IMG/VR virus record: IMGVR_UViG_3300011113_000787
Coordinates: 47,269 to 111,268 of that record
DNA from: a virus
Lineage: Duplodnaviria; Heunggongvirae; Uroviricota; Caudoviricetes
Length of the DNA: 64,000 nucleotides
Reading direction: 5' to 3' (one strand)
Below the pieces are notes generated by a model. It worked only from the letters and a program-made list of their open reading frames with translations. It did no database searches and had not been told where the DNA came from. Positions 17,213 through 26,955 of this stretch are shown here, piece by piece. Both the position numbers and the translations under genes were made by a program. How positions within the stretch are numbered: the first letter of the stretch is position 1; every line of letters begins with the position of its first letter.

Positions 17213-17914
17213 TTACTCCAAATCCTGATGTAAAAATAAAATTCTATCGTTATCTGTAAGTTTTTCGGTTGTAAAAGAAAATGGTGAATAGTCAAACTTA
17301 TAAAAACAAGGTTTGAAAAATTCGTAAACTAAAACAGCAGACTTAAAATCATAAACATCCTGATAGGAAAAATGTCTTTCATTTATGAATCGATTATCTT
17401 CCAAAAGAGAACTTATTCTCGATATTTCATTTTCAGTTTTTGTAATAAAAGGGAGATTCAGTATGTCTTCTTCGAGATTTTCAAATCTTATATAAAAGTC
17501 GACATCAATAGTATCATAAGTCCATTTCTGAAAAAAATTGTTTTTATCATCATACCATGGACTTAGAAAAACGTGAGGACCATTGTGCCAAAAATTTTCA
17601 GAAACCCATTTGGTAAATTTTGATTTGTAATCTTTTGAGTTTCTATATATAGGTTTTTCCAGAATGAATTTCTGATAGCAGGCAAACACTCTATCATAAG
17701 GATTTCTAACATTGGCAACAATTTGGAAATCTAAAAAGTCCTCTTCAATATGATTTTCTTGTGAATGGGTATCATTACGAAAATTCACCAATTTGAATTT
17801 GTTTTTTTTCTTTTTGGTGAAAAAATGATAATTTTCTAAGATTTTTTTCGTGATTGAACTTGCGGTTCTTTCAGGTGCCAACCATATTACTTGGTTTTCA
17901 ATGGAAACATTCAT
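17213..17914 (-). CDS. sulfotransferase-like protein
   Basis: IWLAPERTASS (5'-PSB-like) and RNPYDRVFACY (3'-PB-like RNPxDR..S/C.Y) in correct order and spacing; tentative. Confidence 0.35.
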   Translation of the reverse strand: MNVSIENQVIWLAPERTASSITKKILENYHFFTKKKKNKFKLVNFRNDTHSQENHIEEDFLDFQIVANVRNPYDRVFACYQKFILEKPIYRNSKDYKSKFTKWVSENFWHNGPHVFLSPWYDDKNNFFQKWTYDTIDVDFYIRFENLEEDILNLPFITKTENEISRISSLLEDNRFINERHFSYQDVYDFKSAVLVYEFFKPCFYKFDYSPFSFTTEKLTDNDRILFLHQDLE

Positions 17915-18162
17915 ATTTTAATGAAATTATTAACATTTTGGATAGTGTAAACAGACTCTATCTTGTCTTCACAATAATCCCAAAGCGTTTTTAAATTCAT
18001 ATACGGGTGTTTTTGAGTTTTGGACCATTTTTTTGCATATTTGTAGTCTTCGACTGTCCATGTAAGTTTTCTGGTGGGTTTTTCTACGAAAAAACCACGA
18101 ATTTTCAATAAAATTGAAAAAAAGAATAATTTCAAACTATAAATAAAGTCTTGATGTTTCAT
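17911..18162 (-). CDS. hypothetical small protein (83 aa)
   Basis: ORF coupled to upstream gene (overlap ATGA). Confidence 0.3.
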   Translation of the reverse strand: MKHQDFIYSLKLFFFSILLKIRGFFVEKPTRKLTWTVEDYKYAKKWSKTQKHPYMNLKTLWDYCEDKIESVYTIQNVNNFIKI

Positions 18163-18331
18163 TGAAGATTTTTTTTGCGATGATTTCTAATCTATCAATT
18201 TCTTTTTGGTCGTTTTCTGAAATCTCAAAGTTTTTACCTTTTATTTCCCTAATTTGTTCCTGTATTCTTTGATATTGGAACAAATATTTGTTGTAAAGCT
18301 CGGCTTTTTGGTCGTTTGTTAGTCTTTGCAT
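18137..18331 (-). CDS. hypothetical small protein (64 aa)
   Basis: ORF; coiled-coil-like. Confidence 0.3.
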   Translation of the reverse strand: MQRLTNDQKAELYNKYLFQYQRIQEQIREIKGKNFEISENDQKEIDRLEIIAKKIFNETSRLYL

Positions 18332-18351
18332 TTTTCTGTTTTAATAAAAAT

Positions 18352-18384
18352 AAAAAAAGGGTACTAAATGTAAATCAAGTACCC
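18352..18384 (-). terminator. rho-independent terminator (minus strand)
   Basis: A7 + GGGTACT..AGTACCC hairpin. Confidence 0.45.
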
Positions 18385-18659
18385 TCTTTAGTTTTGTTAT
18401 ATATTGAATTTAGGTCATCGACCACCTTAAAAACATCGTTTTTGGTATTATGTTCAATTTTTTTTCCAACTTTGAATAAAGAATTCAATTCTTTAAGTTT
18501 TCCAATGATATCCTCAATAGAATCCTCTAAATTTTCATTACCTGTACTTGTATCGTATTCCACTGGTTGTACATAAATGTCCAAATCCATTGCAGCACTA
18601 TTTGAACCAGTCTCAACAAGTCTTTTGTATTGTTTTTCGGTTATAAGAATTGTCTTCAC
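18375..18659 (-). CDS. small protein with family N-terminal motif (MKTILITEKQYKRLVE)
   Basis: ORF; N-terminal helix motif. Confidence 0.4.
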   Translation of the reverse strand: MKTILITEKQYKRLVETGSNSAAMDLDIYVQPVEYDTSTGNENLEDSIEDIIGKLKELNSLFKVGKKIEHNTKNDVFKVVDDLNSIYNKTKEGT

Positions 18660-18667
18660 AAAAAGTA

Positions 18668-19030
18668 TTACTTAGATAAAGTAATGTTGATAATAGAAGA
18701 AGGAATAACGTTAGCCCAATCCGCTAATTTTATCTCACTATCTGCTAAAACCTCAATATTTCCATTGAAATTCAAGTCAGCTTGAATTTTAGTGCCAGGA
18801 ATATTAGCTAAGTTCAAATATACTCCGTCATTATCTCTGAAAATAACTTTCATGATACCCAAAAAAGTGGAACATGATTCTTCAGCATATACATTGAATA
18901 TTTTATCTGAGGACACATCCAATAATTGTACTGTAACATCCTCCGTTTCTCCTGATGGTTTATGAACAAAACTATCATTGAATAGTTTGATGAATCTATC
19001 TGATTCGTTTCTTACATTAAGTGTTGCCAT
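18668..19030 (-). CDS. hypothetical protein (120 aa)
   Basis: ORF in minus operon. Confidence 0.4.
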   Translation of the reverse strand: MATLNVRNESDRFIKLFNDSFVHKPSGETEDVTVQLLDVSSDKIFNVYAEESCSTFLGIMKVIFRDNDGVYLNLANIPGTKIQADLNFNGNIEVLADSEIKLADWANVIPSSIINITLSK

Positions 19031-19083
19031 GGTTTTATTTTCTATATAAATAGTCTTATTTTTGTTTAGAAATATTTATTGAT

Positions 19084-19899
19084 ATGAAAATAGCACTATA
19101 TCTACTCCTTTTTTTACCTATTTTAGGGTTTTCACAAACAAGTTCGTGGAGAACACAGCCTCCATCAAACACTCAATCCAAAACCACTACGAATACAACC
19201 CCCTCAACCCAATCCAACAACTCAATTAGTTCATGGAGAAATGAGAGTCCAAGAGAATTTAACAAACCGAGAACAAATCCAACTGTTTTAGTTAGAGACC
19301 CTTGGTTTGATATGGGTTGGAATAGATGGGGAATGTGGGGGGCACCTCGATTCGGATGGAATAGTTATCTTCCCACTTGGTATTACAATGATTGGGGTTA
19401 CAGACAACCTGCAAGAGTCTATTATTACAATGATGGGAAAGTAGATACTGTAAGAGGTAAAAGACCGATTTATAGTTTCGGTTTACATCATACTTCTAAC
19501 CGACAGATGGGTGCATTTTTCACAATTGGTAATAAAGGATATTTTATTTTTGATTTCAACACAACTTACGAAAGGGACCGTTCCACCTTTTTTCCATACG
19601 GAACGATAGACCAAGTAGATTTTCCCTTAATTTCAGATTTAGTTAAACAAAATAGTTTCTACTTAGGTGCGGGTAAGAGGATAAATAGATTTGGAGTTCA
19701 CGCAATGGTCGGTTTCGCAAACGAGAGAATCCTTTGGAGAGGTAAAGACGATGTGGGTGAAATAACATTTCCTAAATCCCAACAAAATTTTGTTACGTTC
19801 AAGTTTGGAGCAATGAAAGACTTCAAAAATTTTACATTTAAGATGGATTATGACCCTGTTGTAAGATACGGGCAGATAGGTGCGGGTCTTAACTTTTGA
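19084..19899 (+). CDS. secreted outer-membrane beta-barrel-like protein
   Basis: Signal peptide ...LGFSQ; Thr/Ser/Asn-rich linker; alternating beta-strand pattern; C-terminal ...GAGLNF (terminal Phe typical of OMPs). Confidence 0.45.
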   Translation: MKIALYLLLFLPILGFSQTSSWRTQPPSNTQSKTTTNTTPSTQSNNSISSWRNESPREFNKPRTNPTVLVRDPWFDMGWNRWGMWGAPRFGWNSYLPTWYYNDWGYRQPARVYYYNDGKVDTVRGKRPIYSFGLHHTSNRQMGAFFTIGNKGYFIFDFNTTYERDRSTFFPYGTIDQVDFPLISDLVKQNSFYLGAGKRINRFGVHAMVGFANERILWRGKDDVGEITFPKSQQNFVTFKFGAMKDFKNFTFKMDYDPVVRYGQIGAGLNF

Positions 19900-20092
19900 T
19901 TTTTTTCTTTTCCTCCTGCCATTCATACCAAAAAGCAAGAAGTACGACCAAATTAATTCCGAGAGACATCATAATTTCTTTAAAATCATCATATACACTC
20001 ATTGTTAGGTGAATATGTCCAACCACCCAAAACGGCACCGCTAACTTGGATGCAACATACCTTATAAAAAATTTGAAAAATTCCATTATCAA
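19889..20092 (-). CDS. small membrane protein (67 aa)
   Basis: Two hydrophobic helices. Confidence 0.3.
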   Translation of the reverse strand: MIMEFFKFFIRYVASKLAVPFWVVGHIHLTMSVYDDFKEIMMSLGINLVVLLAFWYEWQEEKKKIKS

Positions 20093-20097
20093 TAAGT

Positions 20098-21171
20098 ATG
20101 GTATTTATAGTTAGAGTTATGAAGAAAAATATTATAGAAGCTGTAGGTGTTCCTGCAAACATTCACGAAACATCTGAAAAGATATTCAAAAAGGTTTTCA
20201 GTTGGGTCAAAAATCTCCAAGAAGAAGATTTAGAACCAGGTGTCGGTGCCCAAAAAGACTTCAGAGGACAATTTCAAATTGCAGATTATCCTTTTTCAAC
20301 AGTAAGAGTAAAACTTGGTGTAGAGCCTCACAAAAAAGTCACTGAACCTGAGTTGATGTCGATGAGTGTACAAACACAATCCAAGAAAACTGAAGATTTC
20401 AAACTACAGACAATGAAAAGTAAGACAATCAATATTCTTATTCTGATTGTTGTACCGAAAGGTTGGGACTACAGTGAATTACCTTCATTTTTTGAAAAAA
20501 ACAAAAATGAAATATTAGAGAACTTTAGTCATGAGTTAAAACACGCATACGACCATCATAAGAAAGAGTATGATAGTATGGAAAATAGAGCGATTTATCA
20601 AGGTGCTGTTGGCTCAGGTATTGGAATTGACGCTGTTGATAGATTTATTCATGATATCTACTTCACTTCTGCAAATGAAAATTTAGTCAGACCGAGTGAG
20701 ATGTTAAGTGCAATCAAAGCCAACAAAATTTCACAAAAAGATTTTTTAAATTTCTTAACAAATCACGCAACATATCAAAATTTTAAAAGAATACAGAATT
20801 TCAATTATGAACAGTTTGTTCAGGAAATTCTTTCCAAACCAAAACAAGTAGACAAATTCTTAAGAAAACTCGGTTTGGACCCAACTACCATGATGGATAA
20901 AACCAAAGTTAGAAGAGTGTTGGAAGCGACCTATAACTACATTGTAAACACAACAATTTCGAATTACAGTGATATGTTAAAACAATCAATTTTAGACGAA
21001 CTCATCGGTTTCCAAGGTGAACAACAAGTTATGTTTACTAATTTCATAAAGAAAGTAACTAGATTCAAAAAACCTGAAGATTTTTACAAATATTATGAAA
21101 AACAGTTCAAATATGTGGCAGATGAAATGATTAGGAAAATTTCTAAAGTATATTCTTTAGTTGATAAGTAG
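20098..21171 (+). CDS. hypothetical protein (357 aa)
   Basis: Long plus-strand ORF; no recognised motif. Confidence 0.5.
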   Translation: MVFIVRVMKKNIIEAVGVPANIHETSEKIFKKVFSWVKNLQEEDLEPGVGAQKDFRGQFQIADYPFSTVRVKLGVEPHKKVTEPELMSMSVQTQSKKTEDFKLQTMKSKTINILILIVVPKGWDYSELPSFFEKNKNEILENFSHELKHAYDHHKKEYDSMENRAIYQGAVGSGIGIDAVDRFIHDIYFTSANENLVRPSEMLSAIKANKISQKDFLNFLTNHATYQNFKRIQNFNYEQFVQEILSKPKQVDKFLRKLGLDPTTMMDKTKVRRVLEATYNYIVNTTISNYSDMLKQSILDELIGFQGEQQVMFTNFIKKVTRFKKPEDFYKYYEKQFKYVADEMIRKISKVYSLVDK

Positions 21172-21690
21172 GTAATCCTCAACAAAAACTTTACCCTTCC
21201 CTTGTTTCAAAGTAAGATATTTCTTGGTGAATCCGTAAGTGAATCCGTATCTGTTATTATATTCTAAAAGTCCTTTTTTCTTTTTCAAAAAGTCTGAAAT
21301 ATAATACTCCTGTGAACCTCCCCTCCTATGAACTGTTCTCAGAGGTAAATCAAAGTTTTTTTCGAACCATTCACGAATTAAATTGGATAATTCTTTTGAC
21401 TCTAATGAAAATAAACTTTTATAAGGTTTAAAAAATGCCTGATTATAGAAGAGTTCTCCATTGGAAGTAGCTTTTAAAAACCATTCACGAGTATCTTCTT
21501 CGATTATCCAAAAATCACTTTCGTTTGTAAAAATTCCTTTGTCTGCAATGTCTTCTACAAGCTTATTAAAAACAAACTTTTTAAGATTTGGGTGAATTTC
21601 AGACATACTTTTAGTTATCAACAGTTTTAACTGGTTCGTCAAAATTGTGAATGAACCATTTTCTGAATGGTTCTTTCCACATATCACCAA
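21157..21690 (-). CDS. hypothetical protein (177 aa) carrying the family C-terminal WFEKNFDLPLRTV block internally
   Basis: Shares REWFxxNFDxPxxTV with 21611..21982 C-terminus. Confidence 0.4.
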   Translation of the reverse strand: MVICGKNHSENGSFTILTNQLKLLITKSMSEIHPNLKKFVFNKLVEDIADKGIFTNESDFWIIEEDTREWFLKATSNGELFYNQAFFKPYKSLFSLESKELSNLIREWFEKNFDLPLRTVHRRGGSQEYYISDFLKKKKGLLEYNNRYGFTYGFTKKYLTLKQGKGKVFVEDYLLIN

Positions 21691-21982
21691 AATATCCGTT
21701 CAAAATGTTTTCATATTTATACTCTACGGTTACCGTAGGACAAATATCTCTTACATAACTACCAGGACTGAAATATTCACAATCATACCATCTGAAACAA
21801 GTATCATCGTTTTCATAATCCCCAATGTAAAACTCCATCCTCGTTAAATCATCACCCTCTTCCCCTGTCTCGTCATTATATTCATAAGGTACAGTGTAGT
21901 GAATATTATCCACATCGAAAAGTAGGTCCAAATAATTTGTTATTGTCTTTTCTAACTTAGACTCAGAGATTATATATTTCAT
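21611..21982 (-). CDS. MKYIISE-family small protein (group A)
   Basis: N-terminus MKYIISESKLEKTITNYL; C-terminus FRKWFIHNFDEPVKTV. Confidence 0.5.
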   Translation of the reverse strand: MKYIISESKLEKTITNYLDLLFDVDNIHYTVPYEYNDETGEEGDDLTRMEFYIGDYENDDTCFRWYDCEYFSPGSYVRDICPTVTVEYKYENILNGYFGDMWKEPFRKWFIHNFDEPVKTVDN

Positions 21983-22683
21983 TATGCTAAATTGGAATCT
22001 TGTTTTTTGATGGAAGCGAATATAGGTTGACTCATATTTTTGACTTGGTTAGCAATCTGAGATACAGGACCTTCGTATTTTGAAGTTGCATACCTTAATC
22101 CATTCTTATTTACAAAATTATTTAAAAGGTCTGAGGCTGTTTTATCTCCAACCAAATAGTCTCTCGCTATCAAGTCATAATATCTTTGAATACCGCTCTG
22201 AACACTTGAATGAAATTCATTTTTTCCACTATCGGTATTACCTACATTGTAAGGGTTTTTTGTTCTAATAGGTCTTGAATTTGGGTCCTTAGAGAATCCT
22301 CCCTCCGCAGCAAGTTGTGCTAAAGAAAGTTCCACAGGAACATATTTCCCATATTTGTTTTGGGTCTTTTTTGCTGCATCCGCTAACATGGAACCTGTAA
22401 TCCCTAAAAGATTGGAAGACCTTGATGAAATAAAATTGTTTGCAACTTTTTCATATGCTTGGAAGTCTTCAGGCTTATTTAAATCCAACTGTTGAAATTC
22501 CCCAGCAGTATTTGACGAACTTTTAGTCGTTCCGTCACTTGAATCTTCTGTCGATTTTTTATCCCCTTTCAAGTCTTTAAGAATATCACCGATAACATCT
22601 TTTCCTTTCCCACCGAAGACATTTCTAACCAACAAGTCAGTAAAATCTTGTTCTGAAATTATTACTTTAAATTTTTTTCCCAT
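21982..22683 (-). CDS. GH73-type N-acetylglucosaminidase (FlgJ-like) with family N-terminal helix motif
   Basis: AQLAAEGGF, NPYNVG, RYATSKYE resemble GH73 blocks; N-terminus KFKVIISEQDFTDLL then Ser/Thr/Gly linker. Confidence 0.5.
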   Translation of the reverse strand: MGKKFKVIISEQDFTDLLVRNVFGGKGKDVIGDILKDLKGDKKSTEDSSDGTTKSSSNTAGEFQQLDLNKPEDFQAYEKVANNFISSRSSNLLGITGSMLADAAKKTQNKYGKYVPVELSLAQLAAEGGFSKDPNSRPIRTKNPYNVGNTDSGKNEFHSSVQSGIQRYYDLIARDYLVGDKTASDLLNNFVNKNGLRYATSKYEGPVSQIANQVKNMSQPIFASIKKQDSNLA

Positions 22684-22697
22684 ACAAATAAATACAA

Positions 22698-22720
22698 CAA
22701 AAAACCCTCTTTTCAGAGGG
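22698..22720 (-). terminator. rho-independent terminator (bidirectional-capable)
   Basis: AAAAAA CCCTC ttttca GAGGG TTTTATTT. Confidence 0.55.
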
Positions 22721-22726
22721 TTTTAT

Positions 22727-23137
22727 TTAATCGATTACTTCAGTTAGAAAATATCTCAAATTGTACCCTTCTGAAACATTAATGATTGAAATAACAGCAG
22801 TTTTGGACTCTTTATGTGATAAGACATCAATTTTAACCATTTGGTCTTCTCTTAAATCTTTCGCAGTATATCTATACCCTGAAAGACTTTTAGTATTCAT
22901 TTCCTCTTTGCTATTCTCATAAACCTTAAACATAGAAGGTTTTTTAGCTTGGAAACTAATAAACTGAGGTTCAACAACTACAGTGATACTAACATCAGAA
23001 TTTTTTGTATATAACTCCCATGATTTGTTAACGTTGTCGTAAGTGTACATCTCAGTTAGAGTTGCTTTGTAATAAGTTTGTGCGGTTAGCATTAATGTCG
23101 ATACAACCAAAATGAGAGTTAAAAAAAGTTTTTTCAT
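22727..23137 (-). CDS. secreted hypothetical protein (136 aa)
   Basis: Signal peptide MKKLFLTLILVVSTLMLTAQ. Confidence 0.45.
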   Translation of the reverse strand: MKKLFLTLILVVSTLMLTAQTYYKATLTEMYTYDNVNKSWELYTKNSDVSITVVVEPQFISFQAKKPSMFKVYENSKEEMNTKSLSGYRYTAKDLREDQMVKIDVLSHKESKTAVISIINVSEGYNLRYFLTEVID

Positions 23138-23139
23138 TA

Positions 23140-23571
23140 TTAAAGTATTGTAATTGAATTGATTTTGTCTCCTGCTTGGATTCTGTCTACGATATCAACA
23201 CCTTCGGTTACCTTACCAAAACAAGTATGGTTTCTATCCAAGTGTTGGGTATTTTGTCTATTGTGGCAAATGAAGAATTGAGAACCACCTGTGTTTCTAC
23301 CAGCATGTGCCATAGATAAAACACCTCTATCGTGAAATTGATTAGGTCTGTCCACCTCACAAGGGATTTGATAACCAGGACCACCCGTTCCCGTACCAAG
23401 AGGACATCCACCCTGAATCATAAACCCAGGTATTACTCTGTGAAAGTTTAATCCATCATAGAATTTTTTTTCAATCAACTCTATAAAGTTTTTTACTGTT
23501 ACTGGTGTTGCGTCATCATATAAGTCCGCAATCATATCACCTTTGTCTGTTGAAATTTTTACTTTAGTCAT
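23140..23571 (-). CDS. cyclophilin-type peptidyl-prolyl cis-trans isomerase
   Basis: FHRVIPGFMIQGGCP, LSMAHAGRNTGGSQFFI, cyclophilin signature blocks. Confidence 0.8.
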   Translation of the reverse strand: MTKVKISTDKGDMIADLYDDATPVTVKNFIELIEKKFYDGLNFHRVIPGFMIQGGCPLGTGTGGPGYQIPCEVDRPNQFHDRGVLSMAHAGRNTGGSQFFICHNRQNTQHLDRNHTCFGKVTEGVDIVDRIQAGDKINSITIL

Positions 23572-23574
23572 AAT

Positions 23575-23910
23575 TTAAAAAATATATGCTCTTTTTTTCA
23601 AAACGTCAACATCTGGTTTTGGATTTGGGGCACTCTCCCATTCAACTATAAAAAGTTGATTCATAAAATAATCAAATTTGACTTTGTCTATGGATAGATA
23701 TTGGAGTGCAGAATATAACTCCTCAGTTATAGTGTTATTAAATTCTCTTATGACTACTCCAGTCATCTTTTTTTCTAAAAAGAAATCCTTTTTAGTGGAA
23801 TAGATTTGTATGGAACCTAAAATGTTACCATCAACGTGAAACGGAGATATGATTGTGGGTCCAATTTTTATGCCCCCAACAGAGAAAAATTTTTCAAATA
23901 ATGGATTCAT
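23575..23910 (-). CDS. hypothetical protein (111 aa)
   Basis: ORF 3 nt from cyclophilin gene. Confidence 0.4.
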   Translation of the reverse strand: MNPLFEKFFSVGGIKIGPTIISPFHVDGNILGSIQIYSTKKDFFLEKKMTGVVIREFNNTITEELYSALQYLSIDKVKFDYFMNQLFIVEWESAPNPKPDVDVLKKRAYIF

Positions 23911-23936
23911 ATAAAATCCAATTTAAAAATAAAGTT

Positions 23937-24953
23937 TTATTTTCTCAAGTGATTGAATTTAAATTCAATTACCGACTTCTCGGGTAATGGTTCATGGTAT
24001 CTGTATCTCGGTCCGATAAATTCTCTAAAATCACCTTTTAGTTTTTTTGTTATAGACTTTTCAACTCTTTCTTTAGTTACGCCTTCCATTTCTCCTTTCA
24101 AATAATTTTCGGGTGTTTTCACTCCTTTGTTGGTCATGGTGTCTAGCTTAAGAACGTCTACAACATCAACATTTATAATAACTTTGTCTCCTGTATCATC
24201 TATGGAGTTAATTCTGTATTTCGCCTTAAATCCTTGTTGATTATCTTGTGGCTCTCCCCAAGTGTATCTGTTTTGAGTAAGGGTTGCAAGTCTTTTGTTT
24301 TGTAATTCTTGTTCTTTTGATTTAAGAGATTTTCTTTTGTGTTTGATAATGTCTTCGTGAGTTGCACCCATTTCTAACATTTCCATCTCTTTTCTTGTTA
24401 CAATATAAACTCTATCGTCCAACACATCACTCCACTCAACGGGGTTTGTATTTCTCATCTGACGACCTGTTGAAGATGAGTAGTGTTCAAATATCTCATA
24501 CCATCTATCGTTTTTGAAAATGTATATTGGATACCATCCGTATGATTTAACAACATAATAAGGTACTCCTTTTGCATCTTTGGACCAATATCCATGCAAG
24601 TTTGAACCTTTAAATGGTAGTTGAGCAACTGTATATAAATCGGCTTGAGTATTAGGAGTTGTTTTCCCTTTCATTTCTCTTGGGTCCACAAAGTTTTCCT
24701 TTGTTATTGAACTATAATCTCCGTCTTTTCTATAATTTAATAGGTATAATTCAAGGAGATAAAGCTCATGTCCTTTTGGTAAGTTCATATAGTCTGTTAA
24801 ACTCTTGATTACGTCCAAAAGTTGTGCTCTCGTTTTTTTGGTTTTTTTCTCTTCATTAAGGAAACGGAATAACTTTACAATACGAGGTTCTATAACTTTC
24901 TCGTCTTGTTCAAAAATGAACTTATATTTCTCTAATAAATCGACTAATCCCAT
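23937..24953 (-). CDS. hypothetical protein (338 aa)
   Basis: Long ORF; no recognised motif. Confidence 0.5.
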   Translation of the reverse strand: MGLVDLLEKYKFIFEQDEKVIEPRIVKLFRFLNEEKKTKKTRAQLLDVIKSLTDYMNLPKGHELYLLELYLLNYRKDGDYSSITKENFVDPREMKGKTTPNTQADLYTVAQLPFKGSNLHGYWSKDAKGVPYYVVKSYGWYPIYIFKNDRWYEIFEHYSSSTGRQMRNTNPVEWSDVLDDRVYIVTRKEMEMLEMGATHEDIIKHKRKSLKSKEQELQNKRLATLTQNRYTWGEPQDNQQGFKAKYRINSIDDTGDKVIINVDVVDVLKLDTMTNKGVKTPENYLKGEMEGVTKERVEKSITKKLKGDFREFIGPRYRYHEPLPEKSVIEFKFNHLRK

Positions 24954-24962
24954 TCTAAACTA

Positions 24963-25382
24963 TTATTGTGTTTTACATTTTTCAGTCGCCATGTCCGACA
25001 AAACCTTTGAATAATATTTTACATTTCCTTTTGAAAAAGCACCATCAGTTGGTAAAGTGCTACAGTTAGCAGTTAAGTTGAAATTGACGGTTCCCTTCAA
25101 ACTAACATCAAGTTTACCTCCATTGTTAGTCATAGATTCAAATTGATAGGTTGCATACTTATTTCTCAATTCTTTATCAGTAAACAAATCTATATTTTGT
25201 CCTGCACCTACGTTAGCTGCAACTGTTTGTGCTTCAGGTGTTGAACTTCTTGTGATATCTCCATATGCTGCAAATCCTGATGAAGGTGTTGTTGAGGTAG
25301 CTGTTGTTGCACCCTCTTCGCCCTGCTCGGAGATAAGTTTAATTAGTTTTTGGTACTGTGTTTCTTTGATAATGTATCTCAT
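24963..25382 (-). CDS. MRYIIKE-family protein (139 aa)
   Basis: N-terminus MRYIIKETQYQKLIKLISEQ. Confidence 0.45.
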   Translation of the reverse strand: MRYIIKETQYQKLIKLISEQGEEGATTATSTTPSSGFAAYGDITRSSTPEAQTVAANVGAGQNIDLFTDKELRNKYATYQFESMTNNGGKLDVSLKGTVNFNLTANCSTLPTDGAFSKGNVKYYSKVLSDMATEKCKTQ

Positions 25383-25490
25383 GATTGGTATTTTTTTAAA
25401 ACGAGATGATTTTCGGCAATTCTCTTTGCCGTTTTTATTCCCGATTTCTTACTTCTCATCGGTTTTGGTTTTTTTGATTTCTTAGCCATC

Positions 25491-26357
25491 TTAAATATCT
25501 ATTCTTATTTTATTATCAGGGAATCCCAGTTTTGAAAAATATGACTTAACTTTATCTTTAAGAGCACTTCTACTCTGATACGATGGGTAACCCTTAAAAA
25601 TGAATTTCATATTAGCACCTGTTGTGTTCGGTTCAAACCTTATACTTTTTAAATCTCTTGCTTCAGGGAAAGTACGAATTTCTTTTTTTATAACTTTATT
25701 CAAAACGTCTTTGACCCACGGCTCTAAACCGACAAGTTTTGGCTCTTCTACTTGTATATTTAATTCTCCATGAGCAGGATTACCTAATTCCAATCCCAAA
25801 TAATTTTTCACAAAATCTTCAATCTTTCTTGAAATGGTATATGTGCTTATTGATTTGGTGCTTGGAGAAAGTAACATAGTGGCAAATGGAACGTCAACGA
25901 ATACTTTAACGAATTTTGGGTCATCCTCCACAAATCGTATACTTGCATATTCAGGTAATTCCAATTGCTCAATTATCTCGGGTAATATTTTATTATATTT
26001 TTCTGTGAATTTTTCCTCAGAATACAAACTAGGTAATTGATATCCTCCCCTTTTAACAACTGACTTAACGATTTTTTCAATATCCCACTTACTAATTTCA
26101 TAATCATTGTAATCGTCCATATTACGATAATCGGTACCAGTCATATCTATCAAAAATTGTTTGGAATATTTTTTTACTAAAAATCCAAAAGGATATGACC
26201 AAAATTTTTCAGGGGTGTTTTTTCTAATCCAATCCATGAATATATGGACGAATGCTGCCATGTAATCAAGCTCATCGTATTCAAGGTTAACTTGTTCTAC
26301 GATGTTCTTGATTACTGAAATTAGTTCTGATTCTTTTAAAAATATCTTGGACGCCAT
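25491..26357 (-). CDS. hypothetical protein (288 aa) with family N-terminal helix (KIFLKESELISVIKNIVEQ)
   Basis: Long ORF; N-terminal motif. Confidence 0.5.
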   Translation of the reverse strand: MASKIFLKESELISVIKNIVEQVNLEYDELDYMAAFVHIFMDWIRKNTPEKFWSYPFGFLVKKYSKQFLIDMTGTDYRNMDDYNDYEISKWDIEKIVKSVVKRGGYQLPSLYSEEKFTEKYNKILPEIIEQLELPEYASIRFVEDDPKFVKVFVDVPFATMLLSPSTKSISTYTISRKIEDFVKNYLGLELGNPAHGELNIQVEEPKLVGLEPWVKDVLNKVIKKEIRTFPEARDLKSIRFEPNTTGANMKFIFKGYPSYQSRSALKDKVKSYFSKLGFPDNKIRIDI

Positions 26358-26378
26358 ATAGAATAAATATGAAGAAAT

Positions 26379-26672
26379 TTAATCTTCTTCTTCACAGGTG
26401 TCCCTATAAAGTTCCAATAGTTCAAACCCAAATGTTTCTTTGATGTAATCGTATACTAAACTATAAATTTCGTCGTAATCTTCACCTAATGAAAGATTTT
26501 CTTCTACAGTTAGAAAGTCGTCACAAGCCCATGAAATTATATTATCGGCATATTCAAATTCATCACTAAAATCAGAACAAGGTGTGGGCTGTTGTTGAAT
26601 TGATTGGTCAACAAATGTTTTGAGATTATTTTCTCCAATTCTTCTTTTTAACCATAAAGGAATATTGTTCAT
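26379..26672 (-). CDS. acidic small protein (97 aa)
   Basis: Very acidic (DEFEYADN...EEED C-terminus). Confidence 0.4.
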   Translation of the reverse strand: MNNIPLWLKRRIGENNLKTFVDQSIQQQPTPCSDFSDEFEYADNIISWACDDFLTVEENLSLGEDYDEIYSLVYDYIKETFGFELLELYRDTCEEED

Positions 26673-26953
26673 AGTATCATATATTTAATACTTCTTGAAA
26701 ATAATTCGGGGAATCCAAAAACTGAAATAATCTGTCTGATAGTTTCTGTGTGTTTATCCAAAATTAAGTCAGTATCAAAGTCATATTTTCTTTTGATTTT
26801 TGCAGGTATTGCCAACATGATTGTAACCAAAGGTCTTCTCCCACTCAAATGGTCAATTATGAAATCAAAGTCAACTATTTCCCCTTTAGTTGCATCACTA
26901 ATTGCTTTTGAAATTTTCTCTCTATTCTTCAGTAAATCGTCAAAAGTATTCAT
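26669..26953 (-). CDS. hypothetical protein (94 aa)
   Basis: ATGA overlap coupling. Confidence 0.4.
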   Translation of the reverse strand: MNTFDDLLKNREKISKAISDATKGEIVDFDFIIDHLSGRRPLVTIMLAIPAKIKRKYDFDTDLILDKHTETIRQIISVFGFPELFSRSIKYMIL

Positions 26954-26955
26954 GG

